From Deltaproteobacteria bacterium (GTDB taxonomy: Bacteria > Myxococcota_A > Polyangia > Polyangiales > Houyiibacteriaceae): DNA of 62,563 bases. Under the pieces are notes generated by a model that was not told where the DNA came from, ran no database searches, and saw only the letters and a program-made list of their open reading frames with translations. The stretch is from positions 1 to 62,563 of the forward strand of contig JAXMNT010000044.1 in assembly GCA_034670305.1 (NCBI GenBank). The letters are read 5' to 3'. Shown in pieces: positions 60,701 to 62,563 of the stretch. The stretch's first letter is position 1; the number at the start of each line of letters is the position of its first letter. A program made the translations under genes and the position numbers.

Positions 60701-62360
60701 TCGCACCTGCTACGTCGCGATGGAGGACATCGCCCGCTACCGCGACGCGCTCGGCGTCGTGCCGCCTGGTGGCACCCCGCCGAGCCTGCTCCTCGAGGTG
60801 CCCGACGCGCTTGGTGAACTGGTCGGCCGCTACGCCCGGACCCACGGACCGTTCACGGCGCAGGAGATCGCGCGCCGCCTTGGCCTCGGTGTCGGACCGG
60901 TGAAAGCGGCGCTTGGGGCGAAGACAACCGCGGGCCGGCTGCTCGAAGGAGAGTTTCTCCCGATGTCGGTCGTGCGGGCCCGCGGGCTGAGCGGACGCGA
61001 GTTCTGCGACCCGGATGTCCTGCGCCGCATCAAACGCCGCTCGCTCGCGCGCCTGCGCGCCGAAGTAGAGCCCGTCGAACCAGAGGCGTACGCGCGGTTC
61101 TTGGTGGACTGGCACGGGGTGCGTTCTCCGACGGATGGGGTGCGGGGCGGATCTTCGGACGACGCGATCCTCGATGTCGTCGAGCGGCTTCAAGGTGCGC
61201 CGATTGCCGCGTCGGTGTTCGACGCGTTCGTCTTCGGTGCGCGCATTCCTGGATACGATCCCCGCGACCTCGACGCGCTGTGTGCCCGCGGCGATTTGCT
61301 GTGGCGCGGCTTTCAGTCGCTCGGCGGCAAGGATGGACGCATCGCGCTCTACCTGCCCGAACACTACGGCCTGCTCGCGCCCGCATGCGAAGTGCCGGAG
61401 GGCCCTCTCTGCGGCCCGTTGGTCGAACACCTCGGTGCGCGCGGCGCGACCTTCTTCCGAGAGCTCGTCGATTCGCTGCGGCGTCCTGCCACCGAAGTGC
61501 TCGAAGCGCTTTGGGATCTGGTGTGGGCCGGGGTGGTGACCAACGACACCTTTGCGCCGCTGCGCTCGCTCGGGGCGAAACAACCCACCCGTCGAGGCAG
61601 ACGCGGCCGCGAAGTCCACCCCGGCAGCGAAGGTCGGTGGTCGCTCTTGCCGTCGGGCGGGACAGGGACGCCGACCGAACGCGCCGAAGCCCAGGTGCAG
61701 CAACTCCTGGAACGGCACGGCGTGATCGTGCGGGAGATCGCCAAGGTGGAGCACATCACCGGCGGCTTCAGCGCCATCTACCCAGTGCTCAAGGCCATGG
61801 AAGAAGCCGGCCGGGTGCGGCGCGGCTACTTCGTGGAAGGCCTCGGCGCGACCCAGTTCGCGCTCCCGGGATGCGAAGACCGGCTGCGGCGCCACCGCGA
61901 CTTGGAACCGGCGGTCGGAGCCGGGAAGGGTGGCGGCACGCGCGGGAAGGGCGGGGCCGAGGACCGCGCGGGTGCGGGGGGCGCAGTGGTCCTCGCCGCG
62001 GAAGATCCCGCGAACCCCTGGGGCGCTTCGTTGAGTTGGCCGACGACCGAACTCGCCAGCCGTCCCCGGCGCGACGCGCGCTCGCGGGTGGTGTTGTTCC
62101 AAGGCGCCCTGATCGCGGTGCGTACCGCGGACCGCCTGCTCACGTTCTTGCCCGACGAACCCAAAGCGAAAGACGCGGCCGGTCGCGCACTGGCGGAGAC
62201 CCTCGCGCGCGGCTTCGGCGTCCGCCGCGGACGTCGCGGTGGCGCGGGCGTCGTGCTGCGCGAGATCGACGAGGTGGCCGCGACCAAGAGCGCGCTCGCC
62301 CCCTTCTTCGTCGACGCCGGGTTTCAGCCCGCAGGAAGCGAACTCTTCCGCCGCACCTAG
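57732..62360 (+). CDS. lhr: Lhr large helicase (long form with C-terminal domain)
   Basis: APTGSGKT, ISPLKAL, TTPESL, DEIH, GLSAT, HHGS, SSLELGID and QRIGRAGH; C-terminal LWDLVWAG.VTND and RRGYFVEGLG..QFA. Confidence 0.95.
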   Translation: MTKTRATGSGDLGSFHPCTKTWFTAAFAAPTSAQQKGWPAIVAGDSTLLLAPTGSGKTLAAFLVAIDRLCFQPRAASSAKAASAKKTKTKRPRDERGGVRVLYISPLKALGVDVERNLRAPLAGIRAVAAREGIATPPVTVAVRSGDTPQRERQAMRRHPPDVLITTPESLYLMLTSQAREILASVETVIIDEIHSVAPSKRGSHLALSLERLEALRRGAAQEEEPSPLQRIGLSATQRPLEEIARFLGGFADGQPRPVTIVDAGSKKDFAIHVEVPVADMAKMVAAEVTDEGEPTTTNSIWPAIHPRLVELIRAHKSTMIFVNSRRLAERLALAINELAEEEIARAHHGSVAKDIRALIEEQLKRGELPAMVATSSLELGIDIGAVDLVIQVEAPPSVASAIQRIGRAGHQVGAVSEGRVFPKYRHDLLACAAVVEHVHAGNVERTRYPRNPIDVLAQQVVAMVVDRDEVAVDDLFEQVRGAAPYAELPRRSFDGVLDMLSGRYPSERFGELRPRLTFDRIAGTVRARRGAKMLAIANGGTIPDRGLYGVFLAGGDAEGKTVRVGELDEEMVFESRQGDIFLLGASSWRIEEITQNQVLVSPAPGQPGRMPFWHGDRPGRPIDFGKAIGKLARELQAMPTQDAVERLEHAHGLDALAAENLVRYLADQVEATAVLPSDRHIVVERFRDEIGDWVVTVMTPFGTPVHAPWATAVNAQLLREHGIDADVVWGDDGMVFRLPDVDNPPDDALFFPDPADVESLVTNQLGETALFASRFRENAGRALLLPRRRPGQRTPLWAQRRKSARLLGVASEFRDFPIVLETYRECLQDVFDLPSLVELLTDVRDRRIKVRSVESRTPSPFASALLFSYVANFMYEGDAPLAERRAQALTLDHAQLRALLGEPELRELLDADAIVEVEAQLQMRNYAFRPDADSVHDLLLALGDLTAEDVAARLEADADASAETRLGAAQSLLEQLVERRRIAVCSIGDRTCYVAMEDIARYRDALGVVPPGGTPPSLLLEVPDALGELVGRYARTHGPFTAQEIARRLGLGVGPVKAALGAKTTAGRLLEGEFLPMSVVRARGLSGREFCDPDVLRRIKRRSLARLRAEVEPVEPEAYARFLVDWHGVRSPTDGVRGGSSDDAILDVVERLQGAPIAASVFDAFVFGARIPGYDPRDLDALCARGDLLWRGFQSLGGKDGRIALYLPEHYGLLAPACEVPEGPLCGPLVEHLGARGATFFRELVDSLRRPATEVLEALWDLVWAGVVTNDTFAPLRSLGAKQPTRRGRRGREVHPGSEGRWSLLPSGGTGTPTERAEAQVQQLLERHGVIVREIAKVEHITGGFSAIYPVLKAMEEAGRVRRGYFVEGLGATQFALPGCEDRLRRHRDLEPAVGAGKGGGTRGKGGAEDRAGAGGAVVLAAEDPANPWGASLSWPTTELASRPRRDARSRVVLFQGALIAVRTADRLLTFLPDEPKAKDAAGRALAETLARGFGVRRGRRGGAGVVLREIDEVAATKSALAPFFVDAGFQPAGSELFRRT

Positions 62361-62384
62361 CAGGTCGCTGAAAAGCGACCTGCT
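62359..62384. terminator. Perfect 11-bp hairpin with GAAA tetraloop after lhr
   Basis: AGCAGGTCGCT (62359-69), GAAA, AGCGACCTGCT (62374-84). No poly-T tail, so terminator function is uncertain. Confidence 0.5.
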
Positions 62385-62417
62385 CCCTTGCCGTTGCCCT
62401 TGCCCGTGCCCTTGCCC
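62385..62417. repeat. Hexamer tract (CCCTTG/CCGTTG/CCCGTG)n
   Basis: About 5-6 units; reverse complement of the tract type at 59-96. Confidence 0.8.
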
Positions 62418-62563
62418 GCGTCGTGGACGCCGTGTATTTCGCGACGGCGAGGCGCGAATCGGAGCGCGATGCCCAGCGGACGAAGCCGCCGGGCATCGGT
62501 CGGTGCTACGCGGCGCAGCTCCGCAGCCGCGCGACGCGTAGGAGGTTGTATGCGGCGCCGGCC

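Larger units (their letters stand above)
62357..62563 (-). mobile_element. Probable end of an IS5/IS1182-like insertion sequence (partial transposase 62506-62562)
   Basis: Minus strand reads AGAAYNLLRVARLRSCAA*, resembling the AAYNL.R..RL C-terminus of DDE transposases. It ends in TTTTCAGCGACCTG-CTAG, with CTAG containing the lhr stop. Confidence 0.5.

Overview
High-GC bacterial DNA. The gene content (DUF1592/DUF1552 pair, many Ser/Thr kinases, Cys-rich lipoproteins, a MYXO-CTERM-like tail) points to a myxobacterium, probably Polyangiales-like; this is inferred, not measured. Recognisable blocks: DUF1592/DUF1552 pair (0.25-3.2 kb); EEP hydrolase and DUF2845 genes; an AT-richer island of secreted/lipoprotein genes ending at a REP-associated-type HUH (Y1) transposase (6.9-12.5 kb); sulfotransferase, PilZ and a Ser/Thr kinase cluster (12.6-22.4 kb); two methyltransferases, an LRR protein and a Cys/Met PLP lyase; an ABC-dependent capsule export locus with Kdo genes (kpsF-M-T-E-D, kdsA, kpsC-S, fused kdsC-kdsB; 35.4-47.0 kb); a divergent cysteine-synthase-like gene coupled to an HExxH protein; an array of small paralogous genes (53.6-57.5 kb); and lhr, followed by a probable IS end. 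Two signals stand out. (1) A small four-helix-bundle (23S-IVP/Avd-like) gene at 3800-4111 has a nested structured leader and twin 3' hairpins and is bracketed by long hexamer tracts. The tract-junction motifs recur at gene-less tracts at 45.4 and 53.6 kb, and a probable second such gene ends at the window start, suggesting a repeat-flanked element family. (2) The 53.6-57.5 kb array looks like an orphan immunity locus: several cassettes keep a conserved stub of an upstream ORF end (L-x-W-x-N-A-x-H; Y-x-R-L-G-T-L), and two ankyrin copies are internally deleted. All family calls come from motif recognition by eye; no searches were run.
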